60,794 nucleotides of DNA, filler included, from a candidate division TA06 bacterium SM23_40 (GCA_001303705.1; 6 parts of 6 records of this genome joined end to end with filler, not necessarily neighbours in it); one strand, 5' to 3'. Counted from the first letter of the whole stretch, positions 19,848 to 29,749 are shown. The notes: a model not told the origin generated them from the sequence alone. Made by a program: numbers and translations.

Positions 19848-21941
19848 CTATGCTCTGTACCTCCTCGTCGCACACATGTACCGCACCAGGACCGTGTACT
19901 CCCTGTTGCCGTGCTCGCGGACCTTCCAGGTGCAGATAACCAAGGAGTAGTGTGCAACACTTCCCCAAGAATCAGCCGAAGCCTGTGCACAACTGGCTCG
20001 CCTGCAGCCAGCCCTTCCCGCAGACCGGACGAGCAGGGTGCCTCCGCGCACCTTCGAGTCACTCCTGTCGATCCCGGCGTCGCCTCCCCCACTGGCTCCG
20101 TCGTCGTCGCCCGTCTTGTCGGTATCGGCCCGACCAGCGCCCCGTACCGGTATGAACTGGGCCACCGCGCCGTCGAGGCGGAGTGGTCCGACGTCAACTG
20201 CGGCCCCGACACAGGGGACGAAGATCGAGGTGTTCTCGAGCTCGAGGGTCATCTCTATTTCGTCCCTCCTCCCCAATCCGAGAAACGCGGGCTCCCATGA
20301 GTCGAGCGATAGCTCGCCATCCACCGACAGAAACCGCAGTCCCCCCCGAAGCACAGCAAAATCCGCGATATCCCGTTCACCGCCGAAATGGAGGCTCGTC
20401 AGACTGAGACTGCCCTCGCTCTCGATCCTCTGCCGCACACCGAGCAGGTCGATGAATCCCGTTGTGAAGGGCCATGCCTCGAGTGACCCATTCACGTGAC
20501 CCTCGTATCTTGTGTGGGAAACGTCGGCGTAGCAGCGACTCCGCCTGAACGGGCGGAACCTGACTCCTGCTGCCCACTCGAGCGACTCCAGGTCGACCTG
20601 CCCCTGGCAGAAGCGTGTGCCATGCTCCGAGACACCGCCCTGTACTCTGCTATCACTGTCGCCGAAATGGAACGAGAACTCAGCGTCCTCGCCAAGTTCC
20701 CGGCTGATCGACAGGCGCCTGGCACGCGTCGTCGCGATCCCATCGACGAAGTAGGTGCGGCTCTGCTCTGCCGGCGCGTGGCGAAACATGTCCCGCCCTG
20801 CATGTTCTTCGAGCTCGATGGCGAGGTTTGGACTCGGAGCCAGCATGAGCTTGACACCGTAGTTCGCCCCATATCCACGCACGGGCAGGCCCACTCGTTC
20901 CTTGCCGTACTCAACTCGCAGCGAGTGGGCTGAGCGTCGGCCGCTGGCGGAGATGGCGACAGAGACCGCACGATCCCCGGCAAGCGCCAGCGCCACACGA
21001 TAACTCGGCCGATACCCGCTGCTCTCGTCTAGCCACAGGCCCGCCGCGACATCGATGAGTGACGTGGGGCGAAGACCATACGACACGCTCAGTGCCTGAT
21101 ATCTCGCCCGGTAGCGTTCCACATTGGCCGCGTCTCCCGGGCCCGCGAGCGCGAACTCGAGCACGTCATCGCGCCGGGATACGGCGAGCCCGATTCCTCC
21201 CGGGAAGGAGCCGAGGGCGACGGGCACCCTGACTGTGAAGCCGCCACTCTCATGCCCGATCTGAAGAAAGGGATCGGATCGCCGTGCCACATCCTCGACC
21301 CTGCCCGTGAGCACAACCTCGCCGCCCTGCACGCGGGGTACTGCGAGCAGATAGTTCAACTCCCGGGATGGCTCGGCACGGGTGACGAACGGCCAGCCGC
21401 CGATCCCGATCTCCTCGACCCCGCCGGGCACGAGGGTGTCCAGAATGAGCTGAGCCCTAGCGCTGTTCAGTCCGGGCGGACCTGCCAGTACGGCGACAGC
21501 GAGAAAGAGAAGCCACGCCCTCCTGGCACAAGCGATCATCGGTCCTGCGCTCCGGGTAGGTCTCTGCCCACTCCCCCGAGCAGACATCCTTCCTGCGCTC
21601 CAGGTGGATCCCCGCCCACTGCCCGGCGTCGGTCTCCGCCCGCTGCCCGGACCGAACATCCCTCCTGCGCTCCGGACGGATCTCTGCCCGCTACTCTGAG
21701 GAGATATCGGTCTTGCGCTCCACCTGGATTTCCATCCGCTGCCCAAAGAGCATATCCGCCCTGCGCTCCGGGCGGACCTCTGCCTGCAGCCCGGGGTTAA
21801 TCTCTGCCCTCTGCCGGTGGTGAATCTCTGCCCTCTACGGGCGGTGAACCTCCGTCCTCTACCGAGAGCGGATCCCCGTCCTGTGTGCGGAACAATTCCC
21901 AGCGGAAGCATGTTCGCAACAGCCACCCGTCTCGATGGCAT
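19848..21941 (-). CDS. Putative outer-membrane beta-barrel-like protein with a repeat-expanded N-terminus; ends uncertain
   Basis: SD GGAGGAG before ATG 21941; h-region WLLFLAVAVLA...ARA; alternating amphipathic strands through the mature part. Confidence 0.5.
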   Translation of the reverse strand: MPSRRVAVANMLPLGIVPHTGRGSALGRGRRFTARRGQRFTTGRGQRLTPGCRQRSARSAGRICSLGSGWKSRWSARPISPQSSGQRSVRSAGGMFGPGSGRRPTPGSGRGSTWSAGRMSARGSGQRPTRSAGPMIACARRAWLLFLAVAVLAGPPGLNSARAQLILDTLVPGGVEEIGIGGWPFVTRAEPSRELNYLLAVPRVQGGEVVLTGRVEDVARRSDPFLQIGHESGGFTVRVPVALGSFPGGIGLAVSRRDDVLEFALAGPGDAANVERYRARYQALSVSYGLRPTSLIDVAAGLWLDESSGYRPSYRVALALAGDRAVSVAISASGRRSAHSLRVEYGKERVGLPVRGYGANYGVKLMLAPSPNLAIELEEHAGRDMFRHAPAEQSRTYFVDGIATTRARRLSISRELGEDAEFSFHFGDSDSRVQGGVSEHGTRFCQGQVDLESLEWAAGVRFRPFRRSRCYADVSHTRYEGHVNGSLEAWPFTTGFIDLLGVRQRIESEGSLSLTSLHFGGERDIADFAVLRGGLRFLSVDGELSLDSWEPAFLGLGRRDEIEMTLELENTSIFVPCVGAAVDVGPLRLDGAVAQFIPVRGAGRADTDKTGDDDGASGGGDAGIDRSDSKVRGGTLLVRSAGRAGCRRASCAQASADSWGSVAHYSLVICTWKVREHGNREYTVLVRYMCATRRYRA
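21535..21890. repeat. About 15 degenerate tandem 24-bp repeats
   Basis: Recurring TCTCTGCCC and CCTGCGCTCC at 24/48-bp spacing; minus-strand octapeptides GRGQRLTP, GSGRRPTP, SAGRMSAR. Confidence 0.8.
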
Positions 21942-22008
21942 CGTTCCCGCTCCTCCGGTCCTCTGCGCAGCACCGAGTGAAAATGCGTATCGCCTTCGCA
22001 GATCCTTC

Positions 22009-23172
22009 TCACAGACCGAATATCTCACGGAGCCTCTCGTTCGTCATGCCCGGCAGAATCCCGTTGAAGGTGGGATCGGAGAATGTGATCGGCTCGTCGA
22101 GTATCGGCATTCCCTCCTCGAAGTGATAGTCGGGCAACTTCTCTTTCCAATCCTGGATCGGATTGAGGAACAGCTGGCCGAGATAGACGCTGACTGTGGG
22201 CTCGCCCGGCTGTTCCCACGGGATCTCGACGTCGATTGGGCTGTTCAGGGTCGCCTCGAGATCGTCGAGTAGTTCCCGGGCCAGCTCCAAGTTCGGATCG
22301 TTGGGATCGCTTACTGTCGTCAAATCATCAGATTGGTCGTCCGTCTCGGCAAGGATCGCATCGAGCCCATCCTCTGCGTGGACGACCGCTGACAGGAGAT
22401 CATCCCGTGCAGCAGTCAGGTAGCTCCAGCCCTCCGGGTAGAGCGTCAGGAAGCTCGACCCGGTGCCGAGCAGCGTCTCCCACGATGGATTCTCGTAGTC
22501 ATCTACATCGAAGTCATAGGAGATGAGAAAGTAGATCGCCGCTCTCGCTGCCTCGAGCCCGGCATGGGCGAGGTAGATGTCGCCGAGATCGACCTCTATG
22601 TTCTCCGGTTCGCCTGTCATCCCCGGCGTGAGGATGAACTGGAACGACGGATTGGCCTCGAGGACCTGGAACCGCGCCATGACATAGGCGAATACCGGCA
22701 GGACGTTATCCCTCAGCAACTCCTGCATCTCGCTCATGGGCGGAGGCTGTTGTATCGCGCCACTCGTCATTCGTAGCACTCCACCGAAGAAGACGAGTGT
22801 CGAGGGAGACAGGGTGGCATCACCAAGCAGGCCGGGTGACGGTGGGGGGACGGGCTCGAACTCGAAGAATTCGATCCAGGCCTGGATCGCTTCCGCTAAC
22901 TCGGGGTCCTCGTACATCACCAACGCCTCGGTCACTCCGGCACCGAACTGAGCATCGAGATTCTGTGGATCGAGGCTTATAGCCTGTTTGTACAGCGCAT
23001 TCGCCCCTGCATAGTCGTCCTGCTCCACAAGTCCATTCGCCTGGGCGACCAGCTCCTCCGCGGTTAGGCCGTCGCCATCCCCGCCGGTAGGCTCCTCACT
23101 TGCACACCCGGCAAGGCACAGCGCCGCCACCAGTGCCAGCAAGACTGCTACACTACTCCAGTCTCTCCTCAT
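22009..23172 (-). CDS. Acidic lipoprotein with an N-terminal TPR-like helix pair
   Basis: SD GGAGGAGG, MRRDWSSVAVLLALVAALCLAGC lipobox, YAGANALYKQAISLDPQN. Confidence 0.78.
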   Translation of the reverse strand: MRRDWSSVAVLLALVAALCLAGCASEEPTGGDGDGLTAEELVAQANGLVEQDDYAGANALYKQAISLDPQNLDAQFGAGVTEALVMYEDPELAEAIQAWIEFFEFEPVPPPSPGLLGDATLSPSTLVFFGGVLRMTSGAIQQPPPMSEMQELLRDNVLPVFAYVMARFQVLEANPSFQFILTPGMTGEPENIEVDLGDIYLAHAGLEAARAAIYFLISYDFDVDDYENPSWETLLGTGSSFLTLYPEGWSYLTAARDDLLSAVVHAEDGLDAILAETDDQSDDLTTVSDPNDPNLELARELLDDLEATLNSPIDVEIPWEQPGEPTVSVYLGQLFLNPIQDWKEKLPDYHFEEGMPILDEPITFSDPTFNGILPGMTNERLREIFGL

Positions 23173-23449
23173 GGTTCGTCCTCCTCCTGCCAGAAGGTTC
23201 TCACCGGCCCAGGGATCCCGCCGTGCACGCGTAACCGGCGCCTGCACGCGGCCCTGCGAGGCTCGCCTAGTGCACCGCCCTCACGTCCACGCAGCTCATC
23301 CCTCGCCCCACACACGCTATAGAGCAGACGCCAGAGGAAAACCTCAGACGTCTGTCATCTCCGCTATTGTCTTTCCATAATCGCCTCGCCCTCACATCAG
23401 CCAACAAGTCCCATCGAACCTCGTGACCGCTGGACCAGACGCAACAACA

Positions 23450-25480
23450 CTATCGCAACAACACCATCCTCCTCGTCTCTCTGAACTCGCCGGCCTCGAG
23501 GTGGCAGAAGTACACGCCGCTCGCCACCGCATGCCCCCGACCGTCGCGTCCATCCCACACTACCTGGTGCACACCGGCCGCAACTGTCTCGTCGACAAGC
23601 TCGCGCACCAGCGCACCACGGATGTCATAGATCGCCAGCGCGACCCGGCACTTCGCCTTCAGGGAATAATGGACAGTTGTCTGGGCTCCAAACGGATTGG
23701 GACGGTTCTGCGCGAGGTACTGCGCGAGCGGACGCGATTCGTCTTCGTCATCGCCCACCCCGACCACATCCGTGACCGTTATGTCCGTCTGCTCACTATC
23801 TGCCAGGGCCGGGCTCCCGTAGTCCGTGCCGATGAACGTCACGGTATACAGCCCGGCTTGCTGGTAGGTGGGCGTCCACTCGAAAACGCCGCTCACCGAA
23901 TCGAGCGTCGCCCCCGTCGGCAGATCAGGTGAGGCAAACCAAACACTGTCGAGGTCTGGATCGCTGGCCTCCAGAGTGAAGGTCAGATACTGATTCTCTG
24001 CCACGGTTGTATCGGGTTGATCGAGCAGATCAGGCGGGCGATTCACATTACCTACAGTGATGTCGGTCTGCTCGGTGTCCGCAAGGGCCGGCTCGCCGAC
24101 GTCTGTCGCGATGAACGTCACCGTATGGAGACCGGCCTGCTGGTAGGTGGGCGTCCATTCGAAGATACCGCTCACAGAGTCGAGCATCGCCCCTGTGGGC
24201 AGATCGGGAGAGGCAAACCAGATACTGTCACCATCTGGATCGGTCGCCTCCAGTGTGAACGTCAGGTAGAGGTTTTCGGCTATTGTCGTGTCGGGCTGAT
24301 CCACAAGATCCGGTGCATGATTCACACCCACGAGCCCATCCGCGTCGGTCTTGATCAGATATACATCGTACGCGCCTGCGCCGGACGATGTGGTGAATCC
24401 AGTGATGATATATCCCCCGTCGGCCGTCTGCTTTACTGAACGTCCTCTCTCATAGTCTGGGCCGCCGTACGTGCGCGTCCACAGCGTATCACCCGATCCG
24501 TTAGTCTTGATCAGATACACGTCGTCGTAGCCGGCGCCGAAGGAATCGGTGTATCCAGCGATGATGTATCCGCCACCGGCCGTCCAGTCAACTGAACGAC
24601 CAAAATCATCGGACGAGCCGCCGAACGTTCTCGTCCTGATCGTATCTCCCGCTCCGTCAGTCTTGATCAGATATACATCCGAGTTGCCTGCACCGAACGA
24701 ATAGGTGTATCCGGCGATGATGTATCCACCGTCGGCCGTCTGCTGTACCGAATGGCCAAAGTCCCACTCTGAGCCGCCGAACGTCCTCGTCCACGCCGTA
24801 TCGCCGGCCGCGTCAGTCTTGATAAGGTAGACATCTGCAAGGCCTGCCCCAAACGACCAGGTGTGTCCAGCGATGATGTATCCACCGTCGGCCGTCTGCT
24901 CAACCGAACGCCCAAAGTCATCTGATGGACCGCCGAAGGTCCGCGTCCAGGCCGTATCACCAACTGAGTCAGTCTTGATCAGATATACATCGATCCCGCC
25001 GACGCCGTATGAAGCTGTGTATCCGGCGATGATGTATCCGCCGTCGGCCGTCTGCTGCACGGAATAACCATAATCATCGGACGGACCGCCGTAGGTGCGT
25101 GTCCCGACCGTATCGCCCGCTCCGTCAGTCTTAATCAGATACACATCCGGTCCGCCTGCACCAAAGGAACCGGTGTATCCAGTGACGACGTATCCACCGT
25201 CGCTCGTCTGCGCCACTGAATACCCATCGTCGTAGCCCGGCCCGCCGAACATGCGCGTCCACAGCGTGTCGCCCACCTCGTCCGTCCTGATCAGATAGAC
25301 ATCTGTAAGGCTTGCGCCGAACGAGTAGGTGTATCCGACGATGATGTATCCGCCATCGTTCGTCTGCGTTACCGAATACCCATCATCATCGAAAAAACCG
25401 CCGTAGGTGCGCTCGAACGATATCTGGGCACCAGCGGTCAGCGGTATCAGCAACGCCAGCAGAACCAGCAACGCTCTCAT
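23450..25480 (-). CDS. Secreted beta-propeller protein with two Ig repeats and a FlgD-Ig/T9SS-type CTD
   Basis: Signal peptide nearly identical to the 19835 gene, seven blades, two PDLxDQPDT modules, RRMVLLR. Confidence 0.87.
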   Translation of the reverse strand: MRALLVLLALLIPLTAGAQISFERTYGGFFDDDGYSVTQTNDGGYIIVGYTYSFGASLTDVYLIRTDEVGDTLWTRMFGGPGYDDGYSVAQTSDGGYVVTGYTGSFGAGGPDVYLIKTDGAGDTVGTRTYGGPSDDYGYSVQQTADGGYIIAGYTASYGVGGIDVYLIKTDSVGDTAWTRTFGGPSDDFGRSVEQTADGGYIIAGHTWSFGAGLADVYLIKTDAAGDTAWTRTFGGSEWDFGHSVQQTADGGYIIAGYTYSFGAGNSDVYLIKTDGAGDTIRTRTFGGSSDDFGRSVDWTAGGGYIIAGYTDSFGAGYDDVYLIKTNGSGDTLWTRTYGGPDYERGRSVKQTADGGYIITGFTTSSGAGAYDVYLIKTDADGLVGVNHAPDLVDQPDTTIAENLYLTFTLEATDPDGDSIWFASPDLPTGAMLDSVSGIFEWTPTYQQAGLHTVTFIATDVGEPALADTEQTDITVGNVNRPPDLLDQPDTTVAENQYLTFTLEASDPDLDSVWFASPDLPTGATLDSVSGVFEWTPTYQQAGLYTVTFIGTDYGSPALADSEQTDITVTDVVGVGDDEDESRPLAQYLAQNRPNPFGAQTTVHYSLKAKCRVALAIYDIRGALVRELVDETVAAGVHQVVWDGRDGRGHAVASGVYFCHLEAGEFRETRRMVLLR

Positions 25481-25686
25481 ATTTCACTCCGCCTTGAGTT
25501 GTGGATTCTTCATCACGCGCGACTGCCGGACCAAGACGACACGCCCGGTTTCGGCGCGATCGCAGGACGATACAGCAAGTGAGGCGATCTGCCGCCATAG
25601 ACGCCGAGTCATGCTCCCCTTCGAAGGGCTCCTCGCTCCTGCGCGATCACCAGAGTGCGCGATCCGGTCACGTCCCCGAGGATTTC

Positions 25687-26016
25687 TCAGCGCACCAATA
25701 CCATCCGCTTGGTTTCACTCTGTTCGCCAGCCTCGAGATGATAGAAGTAGATACCACTCGCTACCTCACGCCCCCGCCCATCACGCCCATCCCACATAAC
25801 CTGATGCGCACCTGCCGAGACCGTGCCCGAGATCAGGCGGCGCACCAGAGCGCCGCGGACGTCATAGATCGACAAGGTGACCCACCGCGCGTCCGGCAAT
25901 GCATAGCGTATCGTCGTCATCGCCCGAAACGGATTGGGGCTGTTCTGACCCAGGTAGCGGAGACCGGGACGAGGTTCCTCACCGTAGCCCCCGCTGACGT
26001 GGACCAGCCCGTCGGC
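25687..26016 (-). CDS. C-terminal FlgD-Ig/T9SS-type CTD of a further secreted protein (5' end truncated by contig end)
   Basis: QNSPNPF...IYDVRGALVR...WDGRDGRGREVASGIYF...KRMVLVR. Confidence 0.8.
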   Translation of the reverse strand, partial: ADGLVHVSGGYGEEPRPGLRYLGQNSPNPFRAMTTIRYALPDARWVTLSIYDVRGALVRRLISGTVSAGAHQVMWDGRDGRGREVASGIYFYHLEAGEQSETKRMVLVR

Positions 26017-26116
26017 NNNNNNNNNNNNNNNNNNNNNNNNNNNNNNNNNNNNNNNNNNNNTTAATTAATTAANNNNNNNNNNNNNNNNNNNNNNNNNNNN
26101 NNNNNNNNNNNNNNNN
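26017..26116. other. Artificial contig spacer
   Basis: N44-TTAATTAATTAA-N44. Confidence 0.98.
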
Positions 26117-26293
26117 TCCCCTGTCGATAAGGGTGAGCTGCATCCTCACAAAGGTCCGGATATCCTCCGGCCCGGTCGTCGCTATACGAACTTCCATCTC
26201 GCGGCCCCGATCAAAGCCATAGGCAAGCCCTGCCCCGAGCAGGATCGACGCCACGAGCACGCAGATCAGCCCACGTTCCCACAAGCTCCCCAT
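26117..26293 (-). CDS. Signal peptide and N-terminus of an M14 carboxypeptidase copy, truncated by contig end
   Basis: MGSLWERGLICVLVASILLGAGLAYG; 26117-26221 is identical to 29364-29468. Confidence 0.8.
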
Positions 26294-26401
26294 CGCCTTC
26301 TCCTCCCTTCATCCTCATGAAGTGCGGCGCGCAGCGAAGCGAAAAAAGACCCCGAGAAGAGCATCGATCTTCGCCATCGTTACCTCCCGGCGTCAGCCTC
26401 C

Positions 26402-29400
26402 TCAATCGAGGAGGCTGACGTCGAAGTCGAACTCGTCCTGGTCGATAATGGTGTTCGGCGGGAGGCCGATCGTGACCCGATAGGTGTAGGCCCCGAGGGG
26501 CGCGGTGAGAGGGATCTGGTGGGTCCGATGCCCCTGGATGACCTGCCCGGGCTGAAGCGTCACATAGATGGGCCCGAGGATCGGGTTCCCCGCATAGGGA
26601 TTCCCATTCGGCAGCCATACCTCGGCGATGCCGTAGAAGCTCTGTGCCTGTTGAGTAGTGTTCGTGAGCGTGAAGTCATACCCGAGCGTCTCGCCCGGCG
26701 AGTAGCTCGTTGCGTCCGGCTCGAGCTCGATCGTCACATCCGGCTCCGGCGGCAGGATGTCGAAGAACTCGACGATCGCCGTCATCAAGTCGGACTTCGT
26801 ATACTGCCCGTCGGCCAGCCCCCCGAACTCGAATGACGTGCCGAACGTGTGGCCGCCGTAGGTCTGCTCCATTGCCACGCCGATCGGATCGGAGTTCGAC
26901 GAATTCCGGAAGATGAGCTCGGCAGGAGCGATCGGCCCTATGTGGTCGATCCAGCTGTTCTCGCCCACGTAGCTCCAGCTCATCGTGCCGACCTCGGGCA
27001 TGAGCGTGTTCGCCTGTCCACTCACCGAGTACAGGTCGCCGCTCCCGTCGCCGAGCGCATCGATGCCGAACAGCGGACCGAAGTCGTGACCCCCTTGGAT
27101 CGGGTCCCAGTACCAGACCTCGCCGCCCTCCATGTACAGATTGCCGCCGCCCTGGACATAACTCTCGAGGGCCAGCGCCTGGGCACTGTTTTCCATAATC
27201 CTGTAACTGTTAGGGGAGATCCCCAGGTTGACGAAGATCGCATCGAAGTCATCGATCTCGCCCTGCGAGAAGAGATCGGTCGTAATGACGCTGGCGATGC
27301 CGTGCTCGAGTAAGGTCTGAGCCTGCGCTGTGCCGCTGATGGGAGTGCCATCCGCCTCCCAGATGAGCACGGGCTCGCGCCCGACCATGAGCATGAACGA
27401 GTCCGTGGATGCGTAGCCGCCCGCCGCGGTAATCCGCCGCGGTAATGTCGAGCGCAAAGGTCACCGGGTGAGCTGTCGGCGTAGTGGGATCGATCTCGAC
27501 AACATATGGCGTGTACGACTCCCCGGTGCCGCCCCCTCCTGTGATGTCCGGGTAGCTGGCGGTGGCTACGAGGATGTCCACATACGGATCGCTGGTTGAC
27601 AGGTCGGCAGAAATATCTTCTGCGTCCCCGGCGCCGACATTGACGAGGGTGATCGTGATGTCCGCCGTCTCGCCCGGATCGAGCCGCCCGTTATTATTCC
27701 CGCCTACAGAATCGTCGATATCGCTATCATGATAGGCGAGCGCGGGACCGGCCGGCGGCGGCGCCACTTCGACACATTCGAGATCGTAGCCGGGGAACGA
27801 CTCGTTGGGGTCACCTCCGCCATCATCCTGAATCTTGAGATATCGTGCCTGCGCCAGGCCGGACCCGGAGAGATCGAAGTCGGCGGTGGCCGTCGCCCAG
27901 CCGATGTGCGTCCAGGGGCCGTTCCACTCGTTAGCACCGTACACATCGAATCCCTCGGGAGTGGTCCCACCCTCATATACCCGGAAGTCATCTCCCGGAC
28001 CGTTTACGACCTCGTGCCCCTCGCCCATGTCGAGGACCACCCAGCCAGAGACGCCGATCGACACGGCCTTTCCATCGAGAGGGCCGAGACACCACGGGCT
28101 CAACGTATGGTTGTTGTAGGTGTCATTGGGGTCGGTAACATCGCAGTAGTCGACCCTGTATGCATAGGTCTGCGGCTCGGCAAGCGGCGCGAGCTCGACA
28201 TCGACCTGGGTCGCGGAACTGGCCGTAACCACGATATTGGGAATTGTCTTCGGCTCGTACCCGTTCGCCCACACATGCAAGCTATAGGTCCCCGGCAACA
28301 CGAAGCGGTGGTAGTCTCCCACCTCGGGGTCGGTGTACACCGGCCAGTCGATCTCGACGACGGTGACGATCGCAGGCAGCGGATCATGGGTGATCGAATC
28401 AGTGACTGTGCCCGTGATTCCATATCCCACCTGCTCCATCATGTACAGCATGGCCTCGCGGTTGAGTTCGAAGTAGTAGTCGATCTGGCTCTGCGGCGGA
28501 GTCTTCACATAGGAGATCTCTGTCGTCCACCCGATCGTCCCCATCACTCCGTAGTAGGTATCTTTCGACGCGCCGTGGATGGGGTACATGCCCATATTGC
28601 CCTGTCCGTACTCGTACCCCGAGGTCGAGCTGTATCCGGCCGCCAGGTACTCGTAGTGATCATCATCCATCGTCGGGTCGGAGTGATAGCTCCAGGCATA
28701 GGAGATATACTCGGTCCCCGAGTGGAACGAGGTCCCGTGGACGAACTGGTTGGCCAGCATCACCGAACGGAGCGCCTGGACCTCCGGCTGTGAATAGGGA
28801 CCCGGGCTGCTGCCCCAGCCCTCCCACATGTACCCGAAGTCCCGGTTGCAGTCGACCCCGTTGGCGTTGTACCGGCTGACGGAGATCACGCCGTCCGGAT
28901 TGACCATCGGATCGATCCAGATCTCCCTGTTGTTGATGAGCCATGTGATCTCCGGCAGTACCCCGTAGTTGGCAACCAGATACTCGATCATCATGAGGGG
29001 GACCTCGACAGCGATCCGCTCGTCGCCATGGACCGCTCCGTCGAACAGTATCTCCGGCTCGGGCTCATCCTCTGCCGCGTTATCGCTGAGCTTCATGATA
29101 TACAGCGTACGGCCCTGCACGCTCGTCCCGATGGTGTACAGCGCACAGATGTCAGGATAGTTGGTAGCCAGTGAGTCGAGGATATTCACCATCTCCGTAT
29201 AGCTACGATAGTACCCATCCGTTCCCTCGCGCGGGCGCTCTTCGAGATGCCGTACCCACTCGAGATCGCGGTCGATATCCTCGACGAGGACCTCGACATC
29301 GAATCCCAGCTGTCTCAGTCTGGCCAGCTCCGGCTCGGTCACCCGCGCCCGTACATATCCCTCTCCCCTGTCGATAAGGGTGAGCTGCATCCTCACAAAG

Positions 29401-29468
29401 GTCCGGATATCCTCCGGCCCGGTCGTCGCTATACGAACTTCCATCTCGCGGCCCCGATCAAAGCCATA
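26402..29468 (-). pseudogene. Multidomain M14 zinc carboxypeptidase, frameshifted by a 13-bp duplication and lacking its own signal peptide as assembled
   Basis: HGDE, RYNANGVDCNRDF, SFHSG, TTEIS motifs and a CarboxypepD_reg-like domain. CCGCCGCGGTAAT x2 at 27421-27446 joins ORFs 27249-29444 and 26402-27457. Confidence 0.8.
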
Positions 29469-29704
29469 TCCTCTGTCCTGGCAGGTGCCGGACTCACCTT
29501 CGGCGACTCACAGACTCCGCCCCCTGCGGACGAGGCTGGTCGCACCACATCGCTCCCGAAGCCTCGTCTCTCCATCCTTCTTCCGGGACCGGCGGATCGC
29601 CGGCCCTGTCCGGGGAACGGAATGCTCCCTGCCGAGGGATCACGACCCCCCAGCAGGAGCAGAAGATGCCGGCCTCGGCTCGTGGTTTCCTTTTCTGCCC
29701 GTAT

Positions 29705-29733
29705 AGCGTATCATCTCTTTCGTCGGATGTCAA
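29705..29733 (-). promoter_or_regulatory. sigma70-type promoter facing the M14 gene
   Basis: TTGACA-17 bp-TACGCT with an extended -10 TG on the minus strand. Confidence 0.5.
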
Positions 29734-29749
29734 GGCACAAATGCCTGCC

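Noticed and set aside
21535..21890. CRISPR array
   Set aside because: Units are contiguous and degenerate, with no unique spacers and no cas genes in the window.
10867..26016. Diversity-generating retroelement or shufflon behind the repeated modules
   Set aside because: No reverse transcriptase or recombinase is visible, all genes share one orientation, and repeat differences are not obviously adenine-specific.
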